Position numbers and translations under genes: made by a program | Assembly (NCBI GenBank): GCA_903894575.1 | Contig: CAITQQ010000242.1 | Location: 1-45,896, forward strand | Direction of reading: 5' to 3' | From: an uncultured bacterium | Lineage (GTDB): Bacteria > Bacteroidota > Bacteroidia > Chitinophagales > Chitinophagaceae | Length of the DNA stretch: 45,896 bases | The notes under the pieces: generated by a model | Databases searched by the model: none | What the model was told of the DNA's origin: nothing | Seen by the model: the letters and a program-made list of their open reading frames with translations, nothing else | In this document: positions 27,336-37,166 of the stretch, piece by piece | How the letters are laid out: each line of letters starts with the position of its first letter | Position numbering within the stretch: position 1 is the first letter of the stretch

Positions 27336-27857
27336 ATGCATTTATTAGAAAAAATAAAAAAGGTAGAATTATTGGTTTTTGACCTTGATGGTGTTTTGAC
27401 CAATGGAAAAATATTGGTCATGCCCAATGGTGAATGGATTCGTGAGATGGATATCAAAGACGGTTATGCATTACAACATGCAGTAAAAGCTGGTTTGAAA
27501 GTTGCTGTAATTACCGGGTCATCTTCCTTACCCGTCAAAGAAAGATTAGCCAAACTTGGTATTGAACTATTTTTTGAGAACACGCCTAAAAAATCATTGA
27601 TAATCAATCAATTGTTATCTGATTTGAGCATTGATAAATCATCTGCCCTCTTCATGGGGGACGATCTTCCAGACCTGGATGCTTTTGAAGCCGTTGGCAT
27701 CAAGACTTGTCCTGCAGATGCTGCGGCTGAATTATTGCAATTGGCGGACTATATTTCGCCCAGATCAGGTGGCAATGGATGCGCAAGGGATATCATAGAA
27801 AAGACGCTTAGAACGCAGGGTAAATGGACTGCTGCCACCAATATTCAAAGCATCTAA
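27336..27857 (+). CDS. kdsC: KDO-8-phosphate phosphatase (KdsC-like HAD hydrolase)
   Basis: Motifs FDLDGVLTNG, KDGYA, VITG, MGDDLPD and GGNGCARD. Start moved to ATG 27336. Confidence 0.85.
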   Translation: MHLLEKIKKVELLVFDLDGVLTNGKILVMPNGEWIREMDIKDGYALQHAVKAGLKVAVITGSSSLPVKERLAKLGIELFFENTPKKSLIINQLLSDLSIDKSSALFMGDDLPDLDAFEAVGIKTCPADAAAELLQLADYISPRSGGNGCARDIIEKTLRTQGKWTAATNIQSI

Positions 27858-28811
27858 ATGAAAGGAGTTCAACAAATCAAGGGTTTCTTTCAGTTGATCA
27901 GGTATCCCAACCTTATTTTTATTGCACTGACACAATCCCTGTTTTATTACCGGATCATTGTCCCGTATTTCAAAAACAATGTTCAGTCTGACCAACTTTT
28001 GCAGGAAACTGATTTCTTTTTGTTGCTTGTTGCATCTGTGCTGATCGCAGCAGCTGGCTACATCATCAACGATTATTTTGATATCCAGATTGACAATGTC
28101 AATAAGCCAGAAAGGTTGATTCTTGGCAAGCTGATCAAAAGGCGATGGGCCATGTTGCTGCACCTGGTCTTGTCTTTGGCAGGTCTCTTTCTCACTGCAA
28201 TTGTAGCGATGCACCTGAACAATCTTTTACTGTTGGGGCTTAATTTCTTGAGTGTAATGATGTTGTTGCTTTATTCTTCTACTTTCAAAAAACAATTGCT
28301 GATTGGCAACATCATCATTTCTGTTTTAACCGCATGGGTTGTTGGGGTATTGTTCATTACTGAAATAAGATTGAATGATACGGTATACATGCAATTGAAC
28401 CAGGCTGCATTGGGAAGTTTGTATAAAGTGACCCTGGTATATGCCGGCTTTGCTTTCATTGTTTCGCTGATCAGGGAAGTGGTGAAAGACATGGAAGACA
28501 TGGAGGGTGACAGGCGCTTTGGCTGTGAAACCATGCCCATCAAATGGGGTATTCCATCTACCAAAGTCTTTGTGGCTGTTTGGATCTTCGTCCTTGTTGG
28601 ACTCTTGGCTGCCATTGCCTTTTATGCGATGTTGAATTCCTGGTCCTGGCCTTTTTATGCGCTATCATTCGCGATGATCATCCAGTTTTGCTTCATGTTG
28701 AAAAATCTTTATCATGCTCAGTTGACAGCTGATTTTGCCAACATCAGCAAAGCACTGAAACTTCTCATGCTGGTGGGTATTCTTTCCATGTCATTTTATT
28801 TTTTATCATGA
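27858..28811 (+). CDS. UbiA-family prenyltransferase, DGGGP-synthase-like
   Basis: Asp-rich motifs GYIINDYFDIQIDNVNKPER and REVVKDMEDMEGD, with about 8-9 TM helices. Confidence 0.85.
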   Translation: MKGVQQIKGFFQLIRYPNLIFIALTQSLFYYRIIVPYFKNNVQSDQLLQETDFFLLLVASVLIAAAGYIINDYFDIQIDNVNKPERLILGKLIKRRWAMLLHLVLSLAGLFLTAIVAMHLNNLLLLGLNFLSVMMLLLYSSTFKKQLLIGNIIISVLTAWVVGVLFITEIRLNDTVYMQLNQAALGSLYKVTLVYAGFAFIVSLIREVVKDMEDMEGDRRFGCETMPIKWGIPSTKVFVAVWIFVLVGLLAAIAFYAMLNSWSWPFYALSFAMIIQFCFMLKNLYHAQLTADFANISKALKLLMLVGILSMSFYFLS

Positions 28812-29383
28812 AAAAATTGATACTTGCCTCCGGATCTCCAAGACGAAAAATGCTGATGGAGTGGGCAGAATGTAGTTTTGATGTGATTGTGTCAGATGCT
28901 GACGAATCTTATGACCCGGAGGAAACCCCTGCCAATATCGCCATGTCCATTGCTGAAAAAAAGATACAGGCTTTGCTTGATCTCAAAAAAGTTGATCTTT
29001 CTGATTCAATTCTCGTGGCTGCTGATACAATCGTGGTATTGGAAGGGGAGATCATCGGAAAGCCGGTAGACCGGGAAGATGCCCTGGGCATTTTAAAGCG
29101 GTTGTCTGGAAAAAAACACCAGGTAATTACTGCTGTCTGTGTGCAGGATGACAAGCAGAAACAGGTCTTTCATGATGCCACCCATGTGAGTTTTCATCCG
29201 CTCTCAGAGGAACAGATCATCCACTATGTAGACAATTATAAACCTTATGACAAGGCAGGTGCCTATGCCATCCAGGAATGGATTGGGGTCATTGGCATCA
29301 AATCCATTGAGGGTGATTTTTACAATGTTATGGGACTTCCTGTCAGTCGCCTTGTGCAACTCTTGAAAGAATCATTCTCGTAA
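28808..29383 (+). CDS. maf: Maf-family nucleoside triphosphate pyrophosphatase
   Basis: Motifs LILASGSPRR, AADTIV, GKP, DKAGAYAIQ and NVMGLP. ATGA overlap with the upstream gene. Confidence 0.93.
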   Translation: MKKLILASGSPRRKMLMEWAECSFDVIVSDADESYDPEETPANIAMSIAEKKIQALLDLKKVDLSDSILVAADTIVVLEGEIIGKPVDREDALGILKRLSGKKHQVITAVCVQDDKQKQVFHDATHVSFHPLSEEQIIHYVDNYKPYDKAGAYAIQEWIGVIGIKSIEGDFYNVMGLPVSRLVQLLKESFS

Positions 29384-29407
29384 TCCTTCCCATGGGGATG
29401 TTGCTAA

Positions 29408-29812
29408 TTACCAATTGAAATCTACCGAAAGTTGAATATCTGGATGAAGGCTTTCTTTTACAGGGCAAGACCATGCAATCGTTTCCAGCCTTTGTTTTTC
29501 CTCATCAGTGAAGGCATGTTCTGATGGCCAAGTGAAGCGAATGTTGATTCCCGCAATTTTCCTTGGTGCATTGGACATGATCTTTTCTGTTTCGGTAATG
29601 GTTCCTTTTAATCGTTCTTCCAGGTCTTTTGCCCGAATGGCCATGGTGGTCAGCATGCAGGCTGCCAGGGAAGTACCAATGAGGTCTGTTGGTGAAAACC
29701 GGGCACCTTTGCCTTGGTTGTCTGTGGGGGCATCCGTTTCAATACTTGAGTCAGATTGCAAATGGGTTGCTAAAGTTCTCAGTTCTCCCGCATAAGTTAC
29801 CGTCGAAGTCAT
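29408..29812 (-). CDS. OsmC/Ohr-family protein
   Basis: TDAPTDNQG, FSPTDL...LAACM and a C-terminal CPV...LHP. Start moved to ATG 29812. Confidence 0.88.
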   Translation of the reverse strand: MTSTVTYAGELRTLATHLQSDSSIETDAPTDNQGKGARFSPTDLIGTSLAACMLTTMAIRAKDLEERLKGTITETEKIMSNAPRKIAGINIRFTWPSEHAFTDEEKQRLETIAWSCPVKESLHPDIQLSVDFNW

Positions 29813-29848
29813 GCTTTTTTTTATAAATTTACACAACATTACTCAACC

Positions 29849-30676
29849 ATGTTGAAACAAATAGCCTTATCCCTTTCCTTTTCCCTGATTGTACTGCTGG
29901 CAACCGCACAGCGTCAACCTGCTCCTAAAGCTGATTCAAAGCAGTCAGAAAAGCTGGAAAAACGAAACAGGATCAATGCAATGATCAGGAATGAAGAGGA
30001 AGGCATACCAGCCTTTGCTAAACATGCCAATTTCAGTTTCAAAAGCAATCATGATGGGTATGGAATTCTGTTTGAAAAGGGTAAAATGAAAACGCCCTAC
30101 AAATCATCGATTTTTCAATTTGAATTTGGAGAAAAGCACCATCCAAAAGAGGAAAAGCAGAGCAGTTCTGAGTTTACCAACAGTGGTTTTGCCATTTTCG
30201 GCAGACCTTTTGTTTTTGGTAAGCAAAATATTTTTTATCAACTCAAACTGGGTGTAGGACAGCAAAGATTGATTGGCGGCAAAGGAAATAAAAACGGTGT
30301 TGCTGTTTATGCGATCGCAGTAGCTGGTTTTTCTGCTGGCCTTGCCCGACCATATTACATGGAGTTTTCAGCACCTGGTGGAACAGAGAAAATCAAGTTT
30401 ACAGAGGCAAAAAGATCTACTTTCCTGAGTGCTGACAGAATCATTGGAGGCACCGGTCTTCAGCGGGGATGGAATGAGATGAAATTTACACCTGGTGCCT
30501 ACGCAAAGGGTGGTCTTCGCTTTGACTGGGCAAGATTCAACCAAGTGGTTTCTGCCATAGAAGTTGGTTTTGGCTTTGACTACTATGCTCAAAAAATTGT
30601 CCAAATGGTTGACAATCCCGGTAAGTCATTTTTCCCTACAGGATCTATTGGGTTGGTTTTTGGTAACCGCAAGTGA
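29849..30676 (+). CDS. Conserved hypothetical secreted protein, probable small outer-membrane beta-barrel
   Basis: Signal peptide ending ATA-Q, Gly/aromatic-rich beta strands, C-terminal [10 protein letters not shown]. Confidence 0.7.
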   Translation: MLKQIALSLSFSLIVLLATAQRQPAPKADSKQSEKLEKRNRINAMIRNEEEGIPAFAKHANFSFKSNHDGYGILFEKGKMKTPYKSSIFQFEFGEKHHPKEEKQSSSEFTNSGFAIFGRPFVFGKQNIFYQLKLGVGQQRLIGGKGNKNGVAVYAIAVAGFSAGLARPYYMEFSAPGGTEKIKFTEAKRSTFLSADRIIGGTGLQRGWNEMKFTPGAYAKGGLRFDWARFNQVVSAIEVGFGFDYYAQKIVQMVDNPGKSFFPTGSIGLVFGNRK

Positions 30677-30701
30677 TGTACCTTCGCACTTTAATTATCC
30701 C

Positions 30702-31637
30702 ATGAGTTGTGATGTGAATACTGCAGGATCCGTTCCTGAACAAAAGCAAAAAAAGCCTGATTGGTTAAGGGTGAGACTCCCTGTTGGCGAAGGGTACAAA
30801 CATGTTCGATCGCTTGTTGATACCCATAAATTGCATACCATCTGCGAAAGTGGCAACTGCCCTAACATGGGAGAATGCTGGGGTGCAGGTACTGCAACTT
30901 TCATGATCCTTGGTAACGTTTGTACAAGAAGTTGTGGTTTTTGTGCAGTGGCTACTGGCAGGCCTGATGCAGTTGATTGGGATGAACCCCAAAGGGTGGC
31001 AGAGGCCATTCATCTCATGAAAGTAAAACATGCGGTAATTACATCCGTTGATCGTGATGAATTGCCTGATGGTGGCAGCAATATCTGGTTCAATACCATC
31101 AAAGCGGTAAAATCACTCAATCCAGATACAACCCTTGAAACCTTGATACCTGATTTCAAAGGGATTGATGAACAAATCCAGCGAATCATTGAAGCAGCCC
31201 CTGAAGTCGTATCCCATAACATTGAAACGGTGGAACAACTTACCAGAAAAGTAAGGATCCAGGCCAAGTATTGGAGAAGCATGGAAGTGTTGAGAAAGCT
31301 AAAGCAAGGCGGCATGAGAACCAAATCTGGCATCATGCTTGGTTTGGGAGAACAAAAAGAGGAAGTCATCCAGACCCTTAAAGACTTGGCTGCCAATGGA
31401 ATTGATGTTGTCACCATTGGCCAGTATCTTCAACCAACAAGAAAACACCTTCCTGTTCAAAGATTTGTTCATCCTGATGAATTCAATGAATACAAGGAAA
31501 TTGGTTATGGGTTAGGGATTGATTATGTTGAAAGTGGACCACTTGTGCGGTCATCATACCACAGTGAAAAACATGTGATTCCAGGCTACGGCAAAACAGC
31601 ATGGGCCAATGAAAAAGCCATGCTCCAGGCAAACTGA
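30702..31637 (+). CDS. lipA: Lipoyl synthase
   Basis: KPDWLRV, CX4CX5C ([12 protein letters not shown]), radical-SAM CX3CX2C (CTRSCGFC) and VRSSY. Start moved to ATG 30702, after TACCTTCG at 30679-30686. Confidence 0.97.
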   Translation: MSCDVNTAGSVPEQKQKKPDWLRVRLPVGEGYKHVRSLVDTHKLHTICESGNCPNMGECWGAGTATFMILGNVCTRSCGFCAVATGRPDAVDWDEPQRVAEAIHLMKVKHAVITSVDRDELPDGGSNIWFNTIKAVKSLNPDTTLETLIPDFKGIDEQIQRIIEAAPEVVSHNIETVEQLTRKVRIQAKYWRSMEVLRKLKQGGMRTKSGIMLGLGEQKEEVIQTLKDLAANGIDVVTIGQYLQPTRKHLPVQRFVHPDEFNEYKEIGYGLGIDYVESGPLVRSSYHSEKHVIPGYGKTAWANEKAMLQAN

Positions 31638-31671
31638 TTGCCTTATCCCGTTTTAAACGAATGAATAGGTA

Positions 31672-32637
31672 TTATTGCTTATCCCAGGCCAATGCGCTGG
31701 CGCCAAGTATTGCAGCATCAGACTCCTTCAGATGACTGACAAGTATTTTGACCTTGTTTTGGAATACCTGAATCAGGTTTTCTTCCATGTGTTTTCTGGT
31801 AGGCTTCAGGATTAAATCACCAGATTTGGTCAAGCCTCCAAAAAGAATGATGGCTTCAGGGCTGCTGAACATGATCGCATTGGCCAAAGCCATTCCAAGG
31901 ATTTTACCGGTGAACTCAAATATCTCCAAGGCCAATTTATCTCCCTTGATGGCAGCATCGTAGACCACTTTTGAATCAAGGGTGTCCTTGTCAGCTGCTC
32001 TCAATAAACTGTCTTCGGTACTGTTCTCGAGCATTTCCAGGGCTGTCAGCCTTACGCCAGTGGCAGATGCATAACTTTCCAAAGACCCGCGTTTCCCAGT
32101 GCCCTGGTGCATTCTTCCATCAGGAATCACAACAGTATGGCCCAATTCGCCTGCAAAACCATCATGGCCATATATCAACTGTCCATTGGCTACAATTCCA
32201 CTTCCAACGCCGGTTCCCAGCGTAATCATGATGAAATCACGCATTCCCTTTGCAGCCCCGTACATCATTTCGCCGATGGCTGCTGCGTTGGCATCGTTTG
32301 TCAAGGTAACAGGGAGTTGGAATTTATCACTCATCATCTTGGCAATGGGAATGATACCACTCCAGGGTAAATTGGGCGCATATTCAATGGTTCCGGTATA
32401 AAAATTCCCATTGGGTGCGCCAACACCAATGCCCCTGATTCTTCCAATTCCACCGGCCTTTTCAATCAGCTCCCCCAAATGACCATGCAATTCATCAATG
32501 AAACCTTCAATCTCTTTGTGCTTTTTGGTAGACATTTCTCCAGAGAACAACACATTCCCGTCCCTGTCTACGATTCCAAATTTTGTTCCGGTTCCTCCAA
32601 TATCAATGCCAATGGCCAAAGGTTGATGTACACTCAT
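31672..32637 (-). CDS. ROK-family sugar kinase (glucokinase-like)
   Basis: Motifs GIDIGGT, GIGVGAP, NDANAAAIGE, TLGTGVGSG and AGELGH. No N-terminal HTH. Start moved to ATG 32637. Confidence 0.9.
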   Translation of the reverse strand: MSVHQPLAIGIDIGGTGTKFGIVDRDGNVLFSGEMSTKKHKEIEGFIDELHGHLGELIEKAGGIGRIRGIGVGAPNGNFYTGTIEYAPNLPWSGIIPIAKMMSDKFQLPVTLTNDANAAAIGEMMYGAAKGMRDFIMITLGTGVGSGIVANGQLIYGHDGFAGELGHTVVIPDGRMHQGTGKRGSLESYASATGVRLTALEMLENSTEDSLLRAADKDTLDSKVVYDAAIKGDKLALEIFEFTGKILGMALANAIMFSSPEAIILFGGLTKSGDLILKPTRKHMEENLIQVFQNKVKILVSHLKESDAAILGASALAWDKQ

Positions 32638-32660
32638 TTTATCTTTTTGAAACGATCTAT

Positions 32661-32688
32661 AAAAAAGCAGCCACTTTTCAGTGGCTGC
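32661..32688 (-). terminator. Intrinsic-terminator-like hairpin between the transporter and the ROK kinase
   Basis: On the minus strand, a perfect 9-bp stem GCAGCCACT-gaaa-AGTGGCTGC followed by T6. Confidence 0.7.
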
Positions 32689-32713
32689 CAAGATACAAAT
32701 AAATCAGTTCAAA

Positions 32714-34336
32714 TTAATGGGATGCAGCAACTTGTGCATCAACGTCCAAGCCCTGTTTTTTCAGTACAGACCTTGTTTGGATGGCATGCCATGCCAGGTA
32801 AGCAAAACAGGCCAGAGGCACAAGATAAGAGAGTTGGGTGAAGGTATACACATTGGCATCTCCGGAAGGATCCAGGTCGATGATTGAACCTTGAGTAGGA
32901 GGTATGATCGCTCCGCCAAGGATCATCATGATCAGGAATGCCGAACCCTGGCTGGTATATTTTCCAATTCCATTGATGGCAAGGGCAAAAATACAAGGCC
33001 ACATCACAGCAGTACAAAGGCCGGTGCTGATGATAGCATAGTTGGCCAGCATACCAGTGGTGGTGATGGAAATCAGCATGGCAATTGCAGCAAGAACCGA
33101 AACAGTGAGCAACAATTTAACCGGCTTGTCCTCAGCATAGAGGAACGCAATCACTGCAATGGCAATACAGATCGGGTACATGGCAAAGTCACTGATTTCA
33201 TTTCCTTTGATGATATTAACAAGGAGAATCAATCCAAATGCTGCAAATGGTACAACAATCACCAGGATTCGCTTGACCATTTTGCTGAAGTTGAATACAC
33301 TTACTGCACCAGTCCATCTTCCAATCATCATTGACCCCCAGTAAAGAGAAATGAGATGGGAAATTTGAGAATCTTCTTTACCGCCGAAAGCATTTTTCTT
33401 CAACAAAGCACCAAAGTTGTTATCGATGGTTACTTCAACGCCAACGTAGATAAAAATGGCAATCATTCCCAATACCAGCTGAGGGTAAGCCATGGCACCC
33501 CATCCGGTTGGATTCTTTTTAGCAGTAACCATTGTCCAGAAAAGAATAGCCAGGATGATGATCAATGAGCCGCTGATGATGACGCTTTTTTCAAGTCCGG
33601 TAACAGATTTTGCCCAGTCCGCAAATAGCACAGGAAGGAAGATGGCACCGATGATCAACAAAACATTCATGGCCTTGGGGCTTTTTTCCAGCTTCTCATC
33701 TGAGGTCGTCTTGGGCAGTTTTGCGTAGGCGAAAATCAGGGCTGCAATGATGAACAATCCTGCAAGGAAGAAATATAGCGTCTGTATGTTTTCAATGGAT
33801 GCAGACTTGCCACTGTCAAGGCTTCCGAAGAGAAGATAACTGACAACCAATGGACCGAGCAAGGTGCCAAATGAGTTAACGCTTCCTCCCATGTTGAGGC
33901 GGTGAGCACCAGTTTCAGGAGTGCCCAAACCTATGGCAAAAGGCTGTGCAGCAGTCTGTTGCAGCGAGAAGCCTAAAGCGATGATAAAGAATGACACCAA
34001 TACCAGGCCAAATGTAGCAGTGCCAGAGCCACTGATGTATGCCAGGGCCAACGCTCCTACAACAGAAATCAGCAATCCGTAAATGATTCCTTTTTTGTAG
34101 CCAATCTTGTTCAACAGGTCCGTCCCTGTGATGGTTGAGAAAACATAAAGGATCAAGGATCCATAAAAATAGGCACCATAAAATGCAGAACCGATCAACT
34201 GTGACTGGATCTGATCAAGGTTAAAAAAAGTTTTGCAAAAAGGGATGAAGATGCTGTTGGAAGCAGCGACAAATCCCCAGAAAAAGAAAACGATGATCAG
34301 CACACCGAATTGAGACCACTTTGTTTGTTGGTTCAT
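32714..34336 (-). CDS. MFS sugar transporter, FucP/GluP (FHS) family, enlarged
   Basis: Motifs VFFFWGF, KIGYKKGI, QQTAAQP, RLN...NSFGT, FIYVGVEV, YWGSMMIGR and WPCIFALA. Start placed at ATG 34336. Confidence 0.88.
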   Translation of the reverse strand: MNQQTKWSQFGVLIIVFFFWGFVAASNSIFIPFCKTFFNLDQIQSQLIGSAFYGAYFYGSLILYVFSTITGTDLLNKIGYKKGIIYGLLISVVGALALAYISGSGTATFGLVLVSFFIIALGFSLQQTAAQPFAIGLGTPETGAHRLNMGGSVNSFGTLLGPLVVSYLLFGSLDSGKSASIENIQTLYFFLAGLFIIAALIFAYAKLPKTTSDEKLEKSPKAMNVLLIIGAIFLPVLFADWAKSVTGLEKSVIISGSLIIILAILFWTMVTAKKNPTGWGAMAYPQLVLGMIAIFIYVGVEVTIDNNFGALLKKNAFGGKEDSQISHLISLYWGSMMIGRWTGAVSVFNFSKMVKRILVIVVPFAAFGLILLVNIIKGNEISDFAMYPICIAIAVIAFLYAEDKPVKLLLTVSVLAAIAMLISITTTGMLANYAIISTGLCTAVMWPCIFALAINGIGKYTSQGSAFLIMMILGGAIIPPTQGSIIDLDPSGDANVYTFTQLSYLVPLACFAYLAWHAIQTRSVLKKQGLDVDAQVAASH

Positions 34337-34452
34337 ATGGAAGGTTGTTTTATGAGGGCTCAAAATAATTATATTTATTTACCTACAAAACTTTTTGTTA
34401 TCAACAATCAGAACTGTTTTAGTGGTAATTTTAAAAAACAATGCAAGCGAAT

Positions 34453-35868
34453 ATGGATATTATACATATCAGTGCAGAATGTTATCCAGTTGCCAAAGCA
34501 GGTGGATTGGGTGATGTGGTCGGATCGCTTCCCAGATTTCAAAATGAATTGGGGCATCAGTCAAAGGTTATCATGCCCATGTACAGGACTGCATATCTTT
34601 ACGCTCATGAATGGGAAGTGGTGCACAAGGCTTCCACCAATCTTGGACATTGGTGGTTCGATTATACCGTGATCAAAGAAAAAACCAATGCACAGGGTTT
34701 TGAATTGTTTCTGATCGATATCAACGGTTTGCTCGACAGGGAGAAAGTATATGGGTATGATGATGACACTGAACGTTTCTGTGCTTTTCAGATTGCAGCA
34801 GTTCATTGGATGAACGCATGGGATACACTGCCACAGGTGGTTCACGTCCACGATCACCATGCTGCACTTGTTCCTTTCATGATGCAACATTGTTATGCTT
34901 TCAAAAGACTACAGCATATACCCAATGTTTTAACCATTCACAATGCACAGTACCAGGGATCTTTCAGCTGGGATAAAACCCTGTATATCCCCCAATGGGA
35001 CAGCTGGAAAAGAGGGTTGCTTGAATGGAAGGGTAGCATCAACCCGCTTGCTTCAGGCATCAAATGTTCCTGGAAAGTAACTACTGTCAGCAATTCCTAT
35101 CTCCATGAACTCCGCTTATTGAGCAATGGTTTGGAACCGTTGTTTGAATATGAAAAAGGGAAATGCATCGGTATTTTGAATGGTATTGACTATACCGTTT
35201 GGAATCCATCACACGATAAATACCTTACCGAACATTTTTCAATCCAAGATGCTGACTCCGGTAAGGAAAGAAATAAACAAATACTCTGTGAAAAATTCGG
35301 ATTGGATCCCCGAAAACCGTTGTTTATTTTTATTGGCAGGCTGGTAGGGGAAAAGGGTGCAGATCTGCTGCCGAAAGCCATTGCAGACAGTTTCAAGTTC
35401 ATTGGAAGAAAGATGAATTTTCTTGTGTTGGGCAATGGAGAATCAGAAACCGAGGCCCAATTGACAAAGCTAAAATCAATTGCACAGGGCGATTACAATG
35501 AATTCATTGGCTACAATGAAACACTGAGTCACGTGATGTATGCCGGTGCTGATTTTCTTATCATGCCCTCCAGGGTTGAACCCTGTGGTTTGAACCAGTT
35601 ATATGCGATGAGATACGGAACCATTCCTGTAGTGAGAAATACCGGTGGTCTCAAAGACACTGTGATTGACATTGGGGATCCTGGAGGATATGGCATCACA
35701 TACAATCACGCTGCTGTGGGTGACATTACTCATGGTATATACCGGGCAGTTTCTCTTTACAATCAAAAAGAAGTTTTTCGCAGTATAAGAGAAAAGATCA
35801 TGTCCTTAGACTTCAGTTGGCATCGCAGTGCAGCGGAATATGTTTCCCTTTACCAAAGTTTTCAGTAA
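34453..35868 (+). CDS. glgA: Glycogen synthase (GT5)
   Basis: AECYPVAKAGGLGDV (KxGG motif), HVHDHH, TIHNAQYQG, GILNGID and PSRVEPCGLNQL. Start is 34453 or 34441. Confidence 0.95.
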   Translation: MDIIHISAECYPVAKAGGLGDVVGSLPRFQNELGHQSKVIMPMYRTAYLYAHEWEVVHKASTNLGHWWFDYTVIKEKTNAQGFELFLIDINGLLDREKVYGYDDDTERFCAFQIAAVHWMNAWDTLPQVVHVHDHHAALVPFMMQHCYAFKRLQHIPNVLTIHNAQYQGSFSWDKTLYIPQWDSWKRGLLEWKGSINPLASGIKCSWKVTTVSNSYLHELRLLSNGLEPLFEYEKGKCIGILNGIDYTVWNPSHDKYLTEHFSIQDADSGKERNKQILCEKFGLDPRKPLFIFIGRLVGEKGADLLPKAIADSFKFIGRKMNFLVLGNGESETEAQLTKLKSIAQGDYNEFIGYNETLSHVMYAGADFLIMPSRVEPCGLNQLYAMRYGTIPVVRNTGGLKDTVIDIGDPGGYGITYNHAAVGDITHGIYRAVSLYNQKEVFRSIREKIMSLDFSWHRSAAEYVSLYQSFQ

Positions 35869-35891
35869 ATTAGACAATATTCAATCAGACA

Positions 35892-37166
35892 ATGGACAAG
35901 AACGTAATAGCAGTAATACTCGGTGGTGGGGCAGGATCAAGATTGTCCCCCTTGACATCAACAAGAAGCAAACCAGCAGTTCCCATTGCAGGCAAATACA
36001 GGCTTGTGGATATTCCCATATCCAACTGCCTTAATTCTAATATCGGAAGGATGTATGTCTTGACCCAGTTCAACTCGGCATCTCTGAACAAGCATATCAA
36101 GAATACATATCATTTCAGTGCGTTCAGTTCCGCTTTTGTAGACATCATTGCCGCTGAGCAAACCCCTGATAACCCTACATGGTTTCAAGGTACTGCTGAT
36201 GCAGTTAGACAATCCCTGAGACATATCAACCAACAGGATTTTAGTCATGTCTTGATCCTTTCAGGAGATCAGTTGTACCAGATGGATTTTCAGGAAATGA
36301 TTGACAACCACGTCCGAAGCAAGGCTGATATATCCATCGCAACAATTCCCGTCAATGCCAAAGAAGCAACAGAGTTTGGCATCCTCAAAAAAGGGGAAGG
36401 AGGAATCATTGAGGCCTTCATTGAAAAACCCAAGGAAGAATTGTTGCCTGATTGGGTGAGCGATACAGGTGAAACCATGCAAACACAGGGTAGGAATTAT
36501 CTGGCCAGCATGGGTATTTATATTTTTGGTCGCCAGGTTCTGTTCGATCTTCTTCAGGAAGAAGTCAAGGATGCCACAGACTTTGGCAAGGAAATCATCC
36601 CTTATTCTATCAGCAAACACAATGTAGTCAGCTTTCAATATGAAGGATACTGGACCGATATTGGAAATATCCACTCATTCTTCGAGGCCAACCTGGCCCT
36701 TACTCAGGATGTTCCTGAATTCAACCTCTTTGATAACAACAAAGCCATCTATACAAGGGCAAGAATGTTGCCTCCTGCAAAGATCAGTGGTACTACACTT
36801 GAAAAAACAATCGTTGCTGAAGGATGCATCATCAATGCCTCAAGGGTTGAAAACTCTGTGCTTGGTATCAGAACAAGAATCGGATATGGCTCTACCATTG
36901 TGAGTTGTTACATCATGGGTACAGATTTTTATGAAACCCTAGATGAGATGAATACATCTGTGAGCAATGGACTCCCTAAACTTGGTATTGGGGAACGTTG
37001 CTATATCAAGAATTCAATCATTGACAAAAACTGCAGGATTGGAAACGATGTACGCATCAATGGTGGTAAACACCTGGCCAATACAGAACATCAACTTTAT
37101 TCGATCAAAGAAGGCATCGTCGTTGTCAAAAAAGGGGCAGTAATCCCTGATGGTTTTGTAATCTAA
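35892..37166 (+). CDS. glgC: Glucose-1-phosphate adenylyltransferase
   Basis: Motifs ILGGGAGSRL, SKPAVP, TQFNSASL, WFQGTADAV, FIEKP, ASMGIY and DFGKEIIP. Confidence 0.97.
   Translation: MDKNVIAVILGGGAGSRLSPLTSTRSKPAVPIAGKYRLVDIPISNCLNSNIGRMYVLTQFNSASLNKHIKNTYHFSAFSSAFVDIIAAEQTPDNPTWFQGTADAVRQSLRHINQQDFSHVLILSGDQLYQMDFQEMIDNHVRSKADISIATIPVNAKEATEFGILKKGEGGIIEAFIEKPKEELLPDWVSDTGETMQTQGRNYLASMGIYIFGRQVLFDLLQEEVKDATDFGKEIIPYSISKHNVVSFQYEGYWTDIGNIHSFFEANLALTQDVPEFNLFDNNKAIYTRARMLPPAKISGTTLEKTIVAEGCIINASRVENSVLGIRTRIGYGSTIVSCYIMGTDFYETLDEMNTSVSNGLPKLGIGERCYIKNSIIDKNCRIGNDVRINGGKHLANTEHQLYSIKEGIVVVKKGAVIPDGFVI

Noticed and set aside
34385-34398. ACAAAA-ct-TTTTGT inverted repeat between the transporter and glgA
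   Set aside because: Only 6 bp in very AT-rich DNA, which is expected by chance.
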